Source: Paraphysomonas bandaiensis (Eukaryota; Protista; Chrysophyceae). From it: 64,000 nucleotides of DNA. A model generated the notes under the pieces. It did no database searches, was not told where the DNA came from, and saw only the letters and a program-made list of their open reading frames with translations. The DNA is taken from contig CBFFRP010000281.1 of assembly GCA_965644295.1 (NCBI GenBank), positions 186,001 through 250,000 on the forward strand, given 5' to 3'. Shown piece after piece: positions 50,269 to 63,369 of the stretch (positions within the stretch are counted from its first letter, which is position 1; every line of letters begins with the position of its first letter). The translations under genes were made by a program, and so were the position numbers.

Positions 50269-50511
50269 TTATTCGTTATACTACTCTGTGCATAACAGAC
50301 GCGAAGCGTGCATATGAAAAGTGTAATAATGTGCGCTGAAAGAGAAGTAGTAGTGACTACTATCTGAAAATGCTAATATATGTCTTATATACATTATGAT
50401 TTCGCAAACAATAACAATGACTGGTATGCACAATTAGCTACACTGCCAACTCTCATCATGCTAACATTTTTTTCTCATGCTGCCTGCTTCAGCTTCGTAG
50501 GAGCTCTAACG
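50269..50511 (-). pseudogene. Copy of the last exon and 3' UTR of the RRM gene (45381-45618), flanked by GTGCCCAGTT direct repeats
   Basis: Near-identical ~240 bp; direct repeats at 50261-50270 and 50511-50520. Confidence 0.88.
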
Positions 50512-51213
50512 TGCCCAGTTCCCGGCAGCTATAATGGTATTACCATTAACGGTTACACGGTTACCATTAATGTGCACTGCGCACACTCACTTTATCATTA
50601 TCAATCATAATTGTCTGACATCGTAAGGGTCAGTATGCACTTTAAATTCAGCATGCACAACTAATAACAGGTCAAAGAGAGTTGGCCACAAAGAGCAAAC
50701 TATATGCACCGCCACAACGATCGTAGTGGTCAGAGTGCGTGAACGCAAAATGCGGGTTGGTGTGACTTCATTAACTGGAACTGGTACTTTAAATTCAATA
50801 ATTAACTAATTCTAAATCATTACTCTAAATACGTCTTGATCAAAATAAAAGATAAATACTTTATTACCATAATTAACAATGATTACCTGCTTCCATAGAA
50901 GCATTGGTACAAGCTGTCTTACTGATCTAACGGTGTCAAAGGATGAAATCTATAAAAGAAGCACTTATGAGGTGACTAATGAATACATGATGAGAGACCA
51001 AAATACATGGATGCCGAAGTAACAGTGTCTACAGATTCTACTTAGTAGTAAAATCCCTTCCGTGAAACGAACTCAATTCATGGAATTTGTCCACACATAA
51101 CTATTACTATTGCATGTTATTTACACCATTTTTACTCGTATGCAAGCGAACTGCCAATGAAACCACCACTACTATGAGTCAAGACCCCGGGGATACACAT
51201 CTCCACTATTAGC

Positions 51214-52011
51214 TTATAGACTGTCCATAACAGACGCAATGTCCCGAAAGGTGCTCAAAAAGTCCTACACACGGTTGAATGTTACAATTACTCACCAAAA
51301 ATCATAACACAAGCTTTGTTCACAACGAGCAAATTAGTCTGCCAACACATATTAAGTAGTACGCACCTGAAATTCAGTATATGTGAGTTCCATGGTTTTA
51401 ATGGCATTGGTGCCGTCAGAATTGTTCACTTTGAAAGACAGAGATACATATGGTGACGAGAGATTATTGCACGTACTCGACGCCACAGCAACGCCTATTT
51501 TCCACTTTAAGTCGCTCACCTGGCTCATCTAACCGCAACATATAAGATGTGAACAGGAACATAATATGCAGCATAGTTCTTACATGTGTAGTGACCGCAG
51601 TATCCGAATCGTGAACAGTTGTTTCAATCTTCTCCACACAAGCAACTAAGCCATTTATCGCCTCTTCAGATAAAATAGAACAAGAGATTAATGTATCAGA
51701 TATTGTAGTTGCATCTGGTTTTGGTGACGAATATAAACAATTTCGTGCAATATGTTCAATTGTACGAAGAATGGCTTCATTATCTTTACTATGATGAATA
51801 TTTGTAGTAGTAGATCCATGTCCATATTTTAGAGCCATAAATACTGATTCAACCTATATAATATTTATTAGTATATAAATATATAGGGTTTGTATGTATA
51901 GTTTACATATTCTATGTAGTTATCATAATTCGTGGCAAATTCATTTAATGCAGAGCAACCACAATTAAATCCTATAGGAGATCCAAGTATTCCTTGTTCA
52001 AATGAAGGCAT
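51214..52011 (-). CDS. COMMD6: COMM-domain protein, COMMD6-like
   Basis: DLKWKIGVAVASSTCNNLSSPYVSLSFKV...MELTYTEFQ|DFLSTFRDIASVMDSL*. Confidence 0.78.
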
Positions 52012-52565
52012 AATTAATTGATATAAGATTATTAAATTAGAATGATATGATTGTATATCAAGCCTCAAACAATGCAGTAGATGTGTGTGGATATATATGT
52101 ATGTATAGGTAGGTAGGCACGATGTAGGTACAGTAGGTTGGTTATATACTACTGTATATACAGTACAGCAATCATAAGGGGCTGTCATACTTTTAGTAGT
52201 GTGCTACATACTGCTACTACATACTATATAGACGTACTGTAAATGTATACAATCTATACGGTATATGGTATAGTAATGTTGTGGACATAGAGAAGATAGT
52301 GTACCGTATATGTATGAGAGATATAGTAGAGGTATACATAGTGTAGTACTGTATTTGTGCCCCCAAAAGATACCGACGGTTTCTTTTTTTTTGGTTAGTT
52401 TTCATATCGGTTGGCTTGAATTCTATACATATATATATAACAACATGTACATTGTACAGATATTATTGTCTCTATATGTTAAGGAAATAGAAGTTACCAT
52501 TACTATTGTATCATAACAGACATTGTCATTTACCTACTGCACTTGACTTAAGTTAAGTAGGTACA

Positions 52566-53681
52566 ATGCAAGAGAAATATTCATATGCTTCGCAGCCACA
52601 TGCTGCTCCTGTAAAGCGTCGTCCAAAGTATAGGAATGAAAATGACCCCGGCCCTCCTGAGCCTTATGACGGTAACGTCAGTTTAAACATGATGCATGAT
52701 CCCAGAGTAGTTAGAGGAAATACTTATGCTGCCAAGGTCATGACATCATCCGTAAAACAAGAACAGCTTCATTTACAAAAAGAGAATTCTCGCAGAGTTA
52801 AACAGGAAGCTACAAAGAGGAGAAACACGAATACAGTACGTGTTGGTACTCCACCCCCAGTGGAAGGGCGTGTTCATATGACAATACAAACCGAAAACTT
52901 TCTCGAGGATCTAACTGATAAACCTGCTGAAGTTGATGCTGAAACGCAAACTCAGGCCTTTATGGATAGACCGGTTTCCCCATTATTTGTTGCCACAAAG
53001 ACAGGGATAGACGAGCAGACACAAATTGAACCGGGTGATTTATTTGACTTCGACTTAGAAGTAGAGCCTATTCTCGAAGTACTAGTTGGTAAAACAATTC
53101 ATGTATCAATGCTGGAACTTATGCAAGAAGAGGAGCTCGAAAACATCCGACGAGAACAGGAACAATTCGAGGCTGTGCGAAACATTGAGTTGGCGGAAGT
53201 ACAAAGATTGGAAGCCGAGGCGCGTCGTAAAGCTCAGGAAAAAGACCGCCGAATTGCACAGGAGAAGCAACGCGTGCAGGATCGTATTGAGCTGGAAGAG
53301 AAGATAGCGGCCAGGGCTTTTTCAAGTCAGTATTTGTCCACCATGCATGAGGGCATTATGAACGATTTAATGGACGATGGATTTTTCTTCGATCCTGTCA
53401 AAAAAGAAATTGAAGAGAGTATGATGGTAGAGCAGATATCTGGCCTACGTAATCGTGTGGAATGTTATAATATAGCCCAAAGTCTTCTAGAACAACTAAT
53501 TCTTGATGCGGGGGCAATGGCCAAGAGTTTTCAGAATCGCGCAGAGGTTGCAAGAGTCGCACGCAAGGAACGCGAACGCAAAGAGGCAGAAGCCGCTGCC
53601 AAGGCTAAAGCTGCAGAAGAAGCTGAAGCTGCAAAGCGTGCAGCCGAGGAAGCAGCCGCAGCTGAGGCAGAGGAAGAATAA
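52566..53681 (+). CDS. RSP3: Flagellar radial spoke protein 3, intronless
   Basis: NMMHDPRVVRGNTYA, TPPPVEGRVH and QIEPGDLFDFDLEVEPILEVLVGKT. Confidence 0.95.
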   Translation: MQEKYSYASQPHAAPVKRRPKYRNENDPGPPEPYDGNVSLNMMHDPRVVRGNTYAAKVMTSSVKQEQLHLQKENSRRVKQEATKRRNTNTVRVGTPPPVEGRVHMTIQTENFLEDLTDKPAEVDAETQTQAFMDRPVSPLFVATKTGIDEQTQIEPGDLFDFDLEVEPILEVLVGKTIHVSMLELMQEEELENIRREQEQFEAVRNIELAEVQRLEAEARRKAQEKDRRIAQEKQRVQDRIELEEKIAARAFSSQYLSTMHEGIMNDLMDDGFFFDPVKKEIEESMMVEQISGLRNRVECYNIAQSLLEQLILDAGAMAKSFQNRAEVARVARKERERKEAEAAAKAKAAEEAEAAKRAAEEAAAAEAEEE

Positions 53682-54429
53682 CAAACTTTATTGTATTCAG
53701 TCGGGCCGATCTCGTGTATGTAAAAATATCATTTTTTTGCATTACCAGCGCTCCTATCGTAGTACTATTCTGTCGTATAGCGTATGTAAACCGTAATATC
53801 TTTGGCGTATATAATCTCAATTGATGCAATCGTGTAGCATATGGTCGTAAATTATTTAATCATAATTCCCATTAGAATGCTATTTTTATTCAGTGTCGAA
53901 ATAACTTGTTAAATTATGCCGTAAACTGTTACAGATAAAGGCGGGTGTTTACATTGCTTAATTGAAGTGTAAATGAAAAAATGTTTGCTCCATAGAGAGT
54001 AACAATTACTTGAATTGCACTTAATTGTAACCCTAATTGCATGTAACGTACGTTATTATTGCAATTATAATTGCTCGCTGGAAGGTTGCAATTAATTGAC
54101 ATTTAAGGTATCACTATTCATAGTTGATATCGATAAAGAAAGCATTCAGCGACGAGTTTACTACAAATTAAAAGCTACAAGCTACTATTAGTCATTAGTC
54201 ACTAGCTAGTACACAATGCCACGAACAGTAGCTACAATGTTAGCCTACATGCTAATTTCTTTATTCATTAATTTATATTTAGATATGTACACCAAAAACG
54301 GCGCTGTAATGTATCGCAAACGGAATAAACTACTTTGAAATTTACACACTTATTGCATTTAATTTTGACGAGGGTATTTATTTTAAACAAAAAGAATACT
54401 CATACCTGTGCTAGTTGCAGAGAGATTTA

Positions 54430-54991
54430 TTATAGAGGTAATTTCGACATTTCTGTCTCACCGGTGCCGCTGCAAATATCACTCACGTCATCGTTATCAT
54501 CACCTCCTGCGTATACGGGAGCATAGTTCACTTGAGATCTCTTTACATAACTGAATCAAATGTTACTAAGTCACTAAAGTCAGCAGATCAAGTAATCATA
54601 TATACCTGCAACCGAAACTCGCGAAAGCAGCAACCACAACTATACCTACCACAACATAAAGAAAGTTTACAACACTGCTGACTCCGCTGTCAACAACATC
54701 TGTGCGACTTTTTGAAGAATGGGATTCAGTGGCTTGGGTATCTCTCACAAAGTCCACATTGGCAAGAGTAGGTATTGGAGAGATCAGTGGTGCATTTCGT
54801 TGATTCAAAACTGGGGTCATAATCGGTTTCGAACTGGGGATTGATAAAATCGGTTTACTTGATGTAACAACTTTTGGACTTAATTTTTCAGACAATTCTG
54901 CTGTTGAAAATCTGGTACATAGAACGAACCAAACTGAAAGCAGAGTAACACATCGAGAAAGACGAATGCCATGTATCCACTGGAGGTCCAT
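54430..54991 (-). CDS. Hypothetical single-pass membrane protein (signal peptide, S/P/T-rich ectodomain); one intron
   Basis: Hydrophobic N-terminus and TM FLYVVVGIVVVAAFASFG. Exon 2 reads YVKRSQVNYAPV...KLPL*. Confidence 0.65.
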
Positions 54992-55926
54992 TGTGAGATA
55001 CAGCTCAATTGTTGAAATGAAAAGTATTAATGAAGCTATTATAATGAATGAATGTCAATAGTTTTCTAAATAGAGTTCTTTGTGATAGTCGACAAGCACT
55101 AATCACTCTTACTCTCTAATCGACACTATGCTTTTCTTTATAAGTAATGAATTCCTTGATCAAGAAAACAAAGAACTAACCTCTGATTAACTAACATCTC
55201 TATATTAAGACCATTTTCTTATATTAGACAACAAGAATTTGGTGTTGTTATATATGAAGATCCTTCTCTGATTTATCTGGCTGTACATTGCTATGCGTAT
55301 CGGCATCCTGTGTATATTTTTGTTCACATATGCCTCTAATATTGAGACAACAATTATGTGTATTATAGCCGTAGTTGTATGTAAGTAATATAGACTATTT
55401 TTACTTCAATTAATTACCGAAAACTAAGATGCTGACTGCCGACACGATATAGGCATATAGACGTGTATTCCTCAGTAGTATATATAATACATGATATGAT
55501 TGGATAAGAGCGTAGATTGTGTGTTCCTTTCCAATCAAAGGAATATGATTGGATAGTATTGTTTTATGGATAAATAACACCAAAGAATGATGGTGTGCGT
55601 ATGTATGGAGTGGTTAAGGGAGATACATCATACGAGAGAAAGATCACACTTCTTTTACTTCGTATCATATATACCACATATATGTCATACAACTTCATTA
55701 TATGATTGATGAATTTCATTGGCTAAAATTGTCTTTGACTTCTTTAACAAGAGTATGCGAATATTATTATCTTATCATTACAACTATAGAGTATATATAT
55801 ATATATATGTAGCATACCGCATATGCTACTCCATATATACTAACTTATAGTTATATATAGATATAATGCTTGAGGTAATATGGATATTACTGTGAAATAT
55901 TAAGATGATAGTGTGGTCTATCTGAT

Positions 55927-56196
55927 ATGTCTAGATCACAGTGTCTTAGTAATGTTGTACCAAGTATACAACAGAATGAAATATATAAATTCTTTAAAGA
56001 AACAACTGGAATTCGTTTGGTATGTTATTCATATCTATAATAAAGGAGATTAATAAGAATAATAATGAACTATAGGTAGTGGAATGGATAAGTATTGCTG
56101 GAGTTATATGTGATTTGGATGTATTCGTGTTGTTTTATGATGAGAAGGTATGTATATATATACATACATACATACATACATACATACATACATACA

Positions 56197-56230
<34 letters not shown>

Positions 56231-59200
56231 CATACATACCTATCGTTGAATATATAATTAAATGAACTTATTTTAGGCACGTTTTATTGAAAAATTGACT
56301 GCAGATAAGACAGTCAGTAGAGATGGTAGTACTAAGTTGGTGGCTGATACTGACTGTACAAGTCGTACCTCAACTCATCAGGAAAACTTGACAATAGATC
56401 TCTCAAGTGTTGATGTCAATATTTCAGCAATTCTTGTGTTCTTGGATGGTGGAGAGAGAAACTTTCAACTTGTTCAACGGATAAATATTCATTGCTCTCA
56501 AGAGAATGTCGATAGTGGAGACAGCCTCTCTAACGTTGCCCAGGGGGCGTTCCTGAGTCAGCCACTTTTCATGTGCTCAAGCCGAACTCGAAGTGACTCT
56601 GAAGGAGTTGTTCTGAGTGTGCTCTACAAAGACGGATGGAATGAGGATGGCACTGCTAGCTGGAATATCCGTAACTTGTATGATAGTGTGTTTACTGTCA
56701 CTTCCCGAGAAAAGAACTCTTTTTGTGCCAACATAACTGCAGTCACTGTTCCAGCATTTGAAAGGTACCGGCCTCGTTTGTTTCCGTCAGTGAAAGCGAT
56801 ATGCACTGTTCTATCCTCTAAATCACTACCAAAGCTGAAAGAGCACTTCCAACATTGCGGAGCCCGTACAGGTGGGTTAAATATGAAAGAGTTCACAGAT
56901 ACGATATTCAGGCAACTATATATAACTCATCCGAAAGTGATTGAAGAAGAGGAATGTGCCCATACCGTTGCGGTCATTCAGGTATTTACATACATGCACA
57001 CCCCGGTGCTATAGTAGTTGCCCAAGCATATGTGCATGTCATGTTGAAGTTGACTCATTTGATGCTACAGGAAATGTTTTGCCAAATGAATTTCAACAAG
57101 GATGCCGTCGTAGATTGGGATGAGTTCACAAGTTTTTGCATACAGACTGATGTCTCTTCTGCGAATGCGTGCACTGGAAAATTAGATGACTATGTAGTTG
57201 CCTATACCCAAGATCATAGCAGAATCTGCAGTGGATTGACCAGCTACTCTCCACTTGTAGCCATGAAATACTTGCCATCTGAAAAACGCATCATGGTTAT
57301 CCCCGACCGGTCGGACAAAGTAATTATGTTCAATGATAAGTTCGAGTTGACGGATATTCTTGATCCAGTGAAGGTTCCAGATACTGCCGATCCCAAGGAG
57401 AAGATAAAAATACACGATGTTATTTACATAGCATCTAAGGATATATATACGTACTGTGCTTCAGACCACACCATTGTAGCATGTAGAGAGCAGAGTAGCA
57501 TCAACAATCAACGCTCTCACTACACAACTGTACATAAAATATTTTCCAGTTTTTTACATTTGAAGTTATGTTGGAGTGAATGTAAAAATACTCTATGCTC
57601 TGTTGGGGCAGACAACACTATATTTGGGTGGGATATTGAGAGTGGAGACCAGATTCCGATATTTCATATTTCCCGTCATAAGGACATCATCACTGACTTC
57701 ATTGCAATCGATGTCCTGGATTTATATATCACATGCTCACTGGACAAAAAGATCGTTCTGTGGAGCCAAACGAGTAGGAGGGTGAAGGGGATACTGATGG
57801 GTCATAAGCGTGGAGTGCGGTGTTTGTCATATGCAAAAGGGGTGTTGCTCTCCGCAGGGTTCGACTGCGAGGCCCGCACATGGGACATGTCCACTAAAGA
57901 GCCTTCACTCATACTTCGAGGTCACAGGAAGCCTGTGGTTGCAGCCAAAATTATGTCACTACCATGGGGCAATGATTTACGCGCCATGACAGTGGATGAC
58001 GATGGAGAATTTCGCCTGTGGAATATTTTGATCCGTGAGCGTAGCCAGAGTACGTGTCTTGCGGAAGTCCTCCAAGTGTTTGCACTTCATATTTCTGATG
58101 CGGGATCTCATCAAGTAGCTAAGGTGCGCTTTCTGGAGTTGCCTTATGATCCTGAGTGCACTCAAGGCGGCACGTATTCCAACGTGATTGCAGGGTCCCC
58201 TTCTCTGATACATGTAACTCCGGAAAAAAATATCGCAGAGTTCCTACCTCCGGCGTGCCTTTGTTGCTCAGAGGCGAGTGCTGTTATAATGACTGGTGTA
58301 GGTCAAAGTTTGCTCAAGTATGACATTAGCACAGGGGAATTCATCTCTTCTTTCCCTGACATGGAATCATCGGACATATCGTGCTTTAGACTCGATGATT
58401 ACTATGGGCGCCGAGTATATGTGGGGTGCTCAAGTGGTCGCCTGTTGTTACTTAATTTCACTACTGGTGTTGTACTGGACTCAATGATGATCAGCTCACG
58501 AGCAATCACTTGCGTGGAAAATATGACCGAGTCGTCTTGTAACTTGGTTTATATTGGGTCATCTGATGGACGGATAACTAGCTTGGAGGAGACGTCCGGA
58601 AAATTGGCGGTGAGAGGATGCGCAGAGCAGCTGATTGGTGACAACTGTGGTATTGAGCACATTTGTGCGGTGGAATCTCTCAAAGTTGTTGTTGCTGCTT
58701 CTGGTGGAAAGTATTGGGGTGTGTGGGAAGCAACCACTTTTCGCCGTGTTCTCATTATGGCGGAGGAATCTATTATATCAGGCCTTGATATACTTGGTAC
58801 ATCGTGTGACGAGGAGAAAGTGCGAGGATTTCCACTGCAAAATAACCATCTACTGACCCTGGCGGTATGCACTGGCACTGTTTTTCGTATATACAGTATG
58901 GATACGTTTCATGCGAAGATCACAGTTACCCATTGTTTACAACAGATTCACCCGAGGTGCATCACCACTACAAAAATCCTACACTATCCTAAGAAAGGGT
59001 CACTGAACTACTCAGCAAGTAGATCGAAATATCCTGATGCAGAGCGATCGTACGGTGATGTTATGGTAGCAGCTACTGAAGAGGGTTGCCTAGTCACATG
59101 GAGTGTCTCAAGCTTACGCTCAGAGAGCGTTCAAAGATTTAGCAATTACTTCACAATATCCCGACTCGGCTCGAGACCAGTAAGTAGAACACTGTCTCCA

Positions 59201-61792
59201 CAATACAAAGATGAGACGCCTGTTTCGACGGATGCTCCCATTAATGATGAAAGCGTTGGTTCACATAGTTTGGGCTGTAAAATTTCCGAGGGATGTTCTA
59301 CTGATGACAACAAAGGTCTCTCAGTATCAGCTCATATAGGCTTTAATACAGAAGTGAAATCGTCAATTGTCTTGAACCGTCGTGAGCAGAGAGAGTTGAG
59401 AATGCAAATACAGTCTAGCAAGTCTCAGTTCCGAATTGTCACGAATAATTCTGACTTACGAGGTGAAGACCGAATAAATTTTGTAATGCCTTCGAGTGAC
59501 TTCGTGGCTCACAATGACACCATTTCTGCAATCGTTCCATTACATGATAATGGATGTGTTATCACAGTGTCATTGGATGGATATCATCGCATCTGGAATT
59601 TGGATGCGTGTTGTCTTGGGGAACTACCACTTCCTAATATACCGGATAGGTTGATGAATACGAAGTTGTTTAAAGATAATCCAGACGCATGTCGATGGAA
59701 GTTTATATCTGAAAGTATACCTGTATTACCATCGCATACAGAATTCTCTGAAAAACTGGTTGCATCGATCTTGAAAGCACGTGAGAATCACAATATAGGT
59801 GGAGTTGATATGATGATAAAATACCAAGAGTCGCGCGGTGCAGTTGTAAGTGCTATTGACGATAGAAGAACTGCTGATAGAGTCAAACTTGACTCCCCTA
59901 TGGCTCAGACGCCTAAATCAAAATCAAGGATTGATTCTCTTAAGGAATTGTGTAGCCAGTCTTCTGGCAAGGAAGAGTTTGACGTCGTTGAGAGTTCAGA
60001 TAGAAATGATTCAGATAGCGTAAACAGTAGTGCAGTATCTTCCAAGGTGTCTGATATACAGCTACCGGCTACTATTAGACCTTCAGAAAAGAGAGCAAGC
60101 ACCGCACCCAGCAGGATCATGCAGAATCAGCCTCACCCAGGCGGTAGGAAGCGGCCCAGCACAGCCTCACCGACACAGAAAAAGTTAAGTCTTGTGGGAT
60201 CTTCTGGCGAGAGTGAGCGCTTGCCATCAACTGTCAGTGAAAGCAGTCTATTGGATTTTACTATGAGGCCTAGTACACCACACATTGAACCTGTGAAGCT
60301 CCTTGGCGGTACTGATTCCTGCAGTGTCTCTAGCAAGACAGTGGCGTCGTATAAATCAGGCTATTCTCAGACACCCTCCAGGAAAAAGTCATCAGAAACT
60401 GCGTGGTCACACACCAATGACCTCGTCACTACGCCAAAAGCGTTTTCAGAGCACTCTATATCTCATGGTCAACACGAAGGGATGATCGATACAGAAGGTC
60501 ACCACATATTACGCAAAGTTCATTGTAACAAAGAAAGGTTGAATGTGTATCGCCGATCTGTTCCACAAATGTACCTCAGAAACCCTAAATTGTCCACGCA
60601 AGTCGAAATGCCATCCTTGGGCTCTGTGGAACCCACCGAGGTGGTATTTGGTACTCAAAAGGTATGTTTGGTAACAGCATTATGTTTTCATATAATGTAA
60701 CGATATCGTGCGCCACAGAATATGTACAAAAATGCGAATAAAAACATCCTTCAGTCTAAAAAGATCAATCAATTTGTGGCTCAGCATACTGTGTCCGTAT
60801 CACGAATCAATCGTAACCTTCGCAGTATTGGTAGTATGGTTCACGTTGACGTTCCTCCTATATGTGATGTTTCCGAATTTCCACCTGAGGAGGATGAAGT
60901 TCAGACATCCACCACGCATTCCACTAATATGATGACTGATAGCTCTGCCTTAATTATATCTCCTGATGAAAGTAATATGATTGTTCATGGAGAGTTGACC
61001 CTAAAACACAAGTCTGTTGATGTAGATCGTGTAAATAAACTGATGACTAAAATGACCGAGGCTACAACAGCAGCTGTACCGGAATGGGAATTACAATTAA
61101 TTAAGAAACGTACAAAATCTAAGAGGTCGAAAACACTGAAGCGGGTAGCCTCTTCAGCTGATGCGAATGTGGTAAAACTTGAGAAGAAATTGGCGGCTTC
61201 TATTCGCAGCTCCTACAGTCACTCTATGCGAAAGGACAATTCTAGTAAAAAAATGCTAAACAACCGACTGCTTTTGCCATTTTATAAGGTATCAGATGTG
61301 CATCACTTTCTACATATTTTTCAGAATGTGGATAAAGACTATTCGGGGGATCTTGATCCTGAAGAATGGTGTGACTTCTTTGTTGCGCTTGATAAAACGG
61401 TAAGTCGAAAAGAGGCACGGACCATATTCAATCGTGTCGACACTCATGGAAACGGGTGCTTGTCTGTGAAAGACTTGGTGCCAGTGGTTTTCAGCAATGC
61501 GGGCAGATCCTTACAGGGTTTAATTCTGAAGTACGTCGAATTGGAGCTATCTAAACGTAAAATATACGGTAAGAATTTCTTAAAAGAATCGGACGTAGAA
61601 GTTCTGTTCGAGTATTATGATGTACATGGCGTTGGGTATATTTCCGTTTCTTTATTTCGGGAAAAAGTACACTCGTTGCAAATACCTGAAGCTGCTCGTT
61701 ATGCCATTCTTGTTCACGTTAAAAACATTGACAATGATGAGATGCTGAATGCGCAAGAGTTTATGAGAATATTTCGTCCATATTGTGTGTAA
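55927..61792 (+). CDS. Large TerD-like / EF-hand / WD40 / EF-hand protein (WDR49/WDR64-like core), multi-exon
   Basis: N-terminal VEW....CDLDVFVLFYD and ENLTIDLSSV (TerD-like), EF-like loop MNFNKDAVVDWDEF, GH...WD repeats, and C-terminal DKDYSGDLDPEEW / DTHGNGCLS. The start is inferred. Confidence 0.8.
56155..56240. repeat. (CATA)n microsatellite in an intron
   Basis: About 19 units. Confidence 0.95.
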
Positions 61793-62384
61793 AATGTGTT
61801 GTGGTAGTTTTATAGCATATTTATCTCCTCTTTGGTATATAAGTGAAGCACGTATAGTATATAATATGATACAAGTATAGTATGCAATAACTTCTGATAC
61901 ATTCATCGACAAGCCATATTATGCTTTCTGTCAGGGATCCTAACCATAAGTGAGCAGCGTTTAAGAAGTCACAAACCTGATCAGTGTGTAGCATTATGCA
62001 TCATTACTGGCTTTAATCATCACGCGTGCACGATATAATAATAATAATATATAATATATAATATTATTTATATACATATTTATAAACAATAATGATTCTC
62101 GTTAGATTCAAGCGAGGGCTGGGAAAATATAGCTAGATATATATATATGGTACTGTATTGATGGAATATATATTTTTCTACAAGAGTTTTGTTGGAAAAC
62201 AGATTCTAATACCGTTGCAATACATAGTTCCCTTGCCCTAAAAAAAGTAGTGCACTAAAGTATTGTACGGTACAAGATCTATACACCCAAAAGTATGCAC
62301 GTGAATAACCCTAATCAAATAGTAAAATAATAATAGCATTAGTAACTATTATATTATTTGTTAGATATTACATAATTAATATTG

Positions 62385-62704
62385 CTTGTGGTCCAGTGGG
62401 TAGAACCGAATTTCTCAGTACCTCTTGAAGCGCGTTTTTGTGGCTGTGAAATGAAGATTCCCTTATCTGAGTGATGGCGTCATTTGTGCAGTCTAGGCAC
62501 ATGTGCTTGAGTGAGTGTAGTCTAAATCCGCAGTCAGAACAGACGGCTTAGGTCAGGTCAAGTCCATGTTTAGTTTTAGCCCGGTTTCTTCCTATGCTGA
62601 AGGATTTGTCCCATGTCAATGCTGCATTGAGCACTCGTTGGCGTAGGTGAGAGCTATCTTTGTCCTTTGATGAACCACCATCTGCTTGCGCCAGGTTGCG
62701 CGGA
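62385..62704 (-). mobile_element. LINE ORF2 relic with a CCHC zinc knuckle
   Basis: CSDCGFRLHSLKHMCLDC (CX2CX8HX4C) at 62488-62541, with one in-frame stop just upstream. Confidence 0.7.
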
Positions 62705-62801
62705 ATATATATAATAGATAATAGTCATAATACATCATAGTAACTAAATCGTAACTATATTCAGCGGTTACAACTATAGGTTGGCTTCATCTAATGCACA
62801 C

Positions 62802-63369
62802 CAGGGCTACGTAACAATTAATTGGCGCAGGTTGTAGCCAACTGAAATATTGCAATTATTACTCGCTGCCCCAATTTCAATTATTGCAATCTCAATAGTG
62901 AATGTCTTATTATTAGGAATATACGTGTAAGAGTCAGTGCCAAGCTCTGATATCCTACTATTTAACGCAACGAAAGCTGCTTGAATGTCACCGCAAATTC
63001 CAAGGTGCAACTACTTTCGCTCTATTACTCAAATCAAACGCAGTGAGCAAGAATATTGATATACCTGACATCTACTGACTTCAGGATTTTTGAGTCCTTA
63101 AAATGAACAGCCCGGATGCTTGACTTCAGTAGGCAGCCCAATCCCGGGTGCCCAGAGGTGGGTCCATTCCCGGGTGCCTGTTTGTTCGTCAGGGGGCCCA
63201 AAGACGTCTATACACAAGCATTTGGCTGTGAGTAGACAGAACAATATCTGCTGATTATTTCCCCAATATATATTGGGGAACTTATCCCCCAGAACACCAG
63301 GAAAAGGCGTGAGTCCGACTTTGTTAATGGGAAATCTAATAATTGACAAGTAATTGCTACACAGACCTG
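62802..63369. mobile_element. Decayed hAT MITE with a nested SINE-like element (62896-63331, minus strand)
   Basis: CAGGGCTACGTAACAATTA ... TAATTGCTACACAGACCTG; TSD ATGCACAC/GTGCATAC (6/8). Confidence 0.75.

Noticed and set aside
63090-63200. CTGACGA on the minus strand of a SINE-like copy as a hammerhead ribozyme core
   Set aside because: There is no correctly placed GAAA after a stem II, and the other two copies read TTGACGA.
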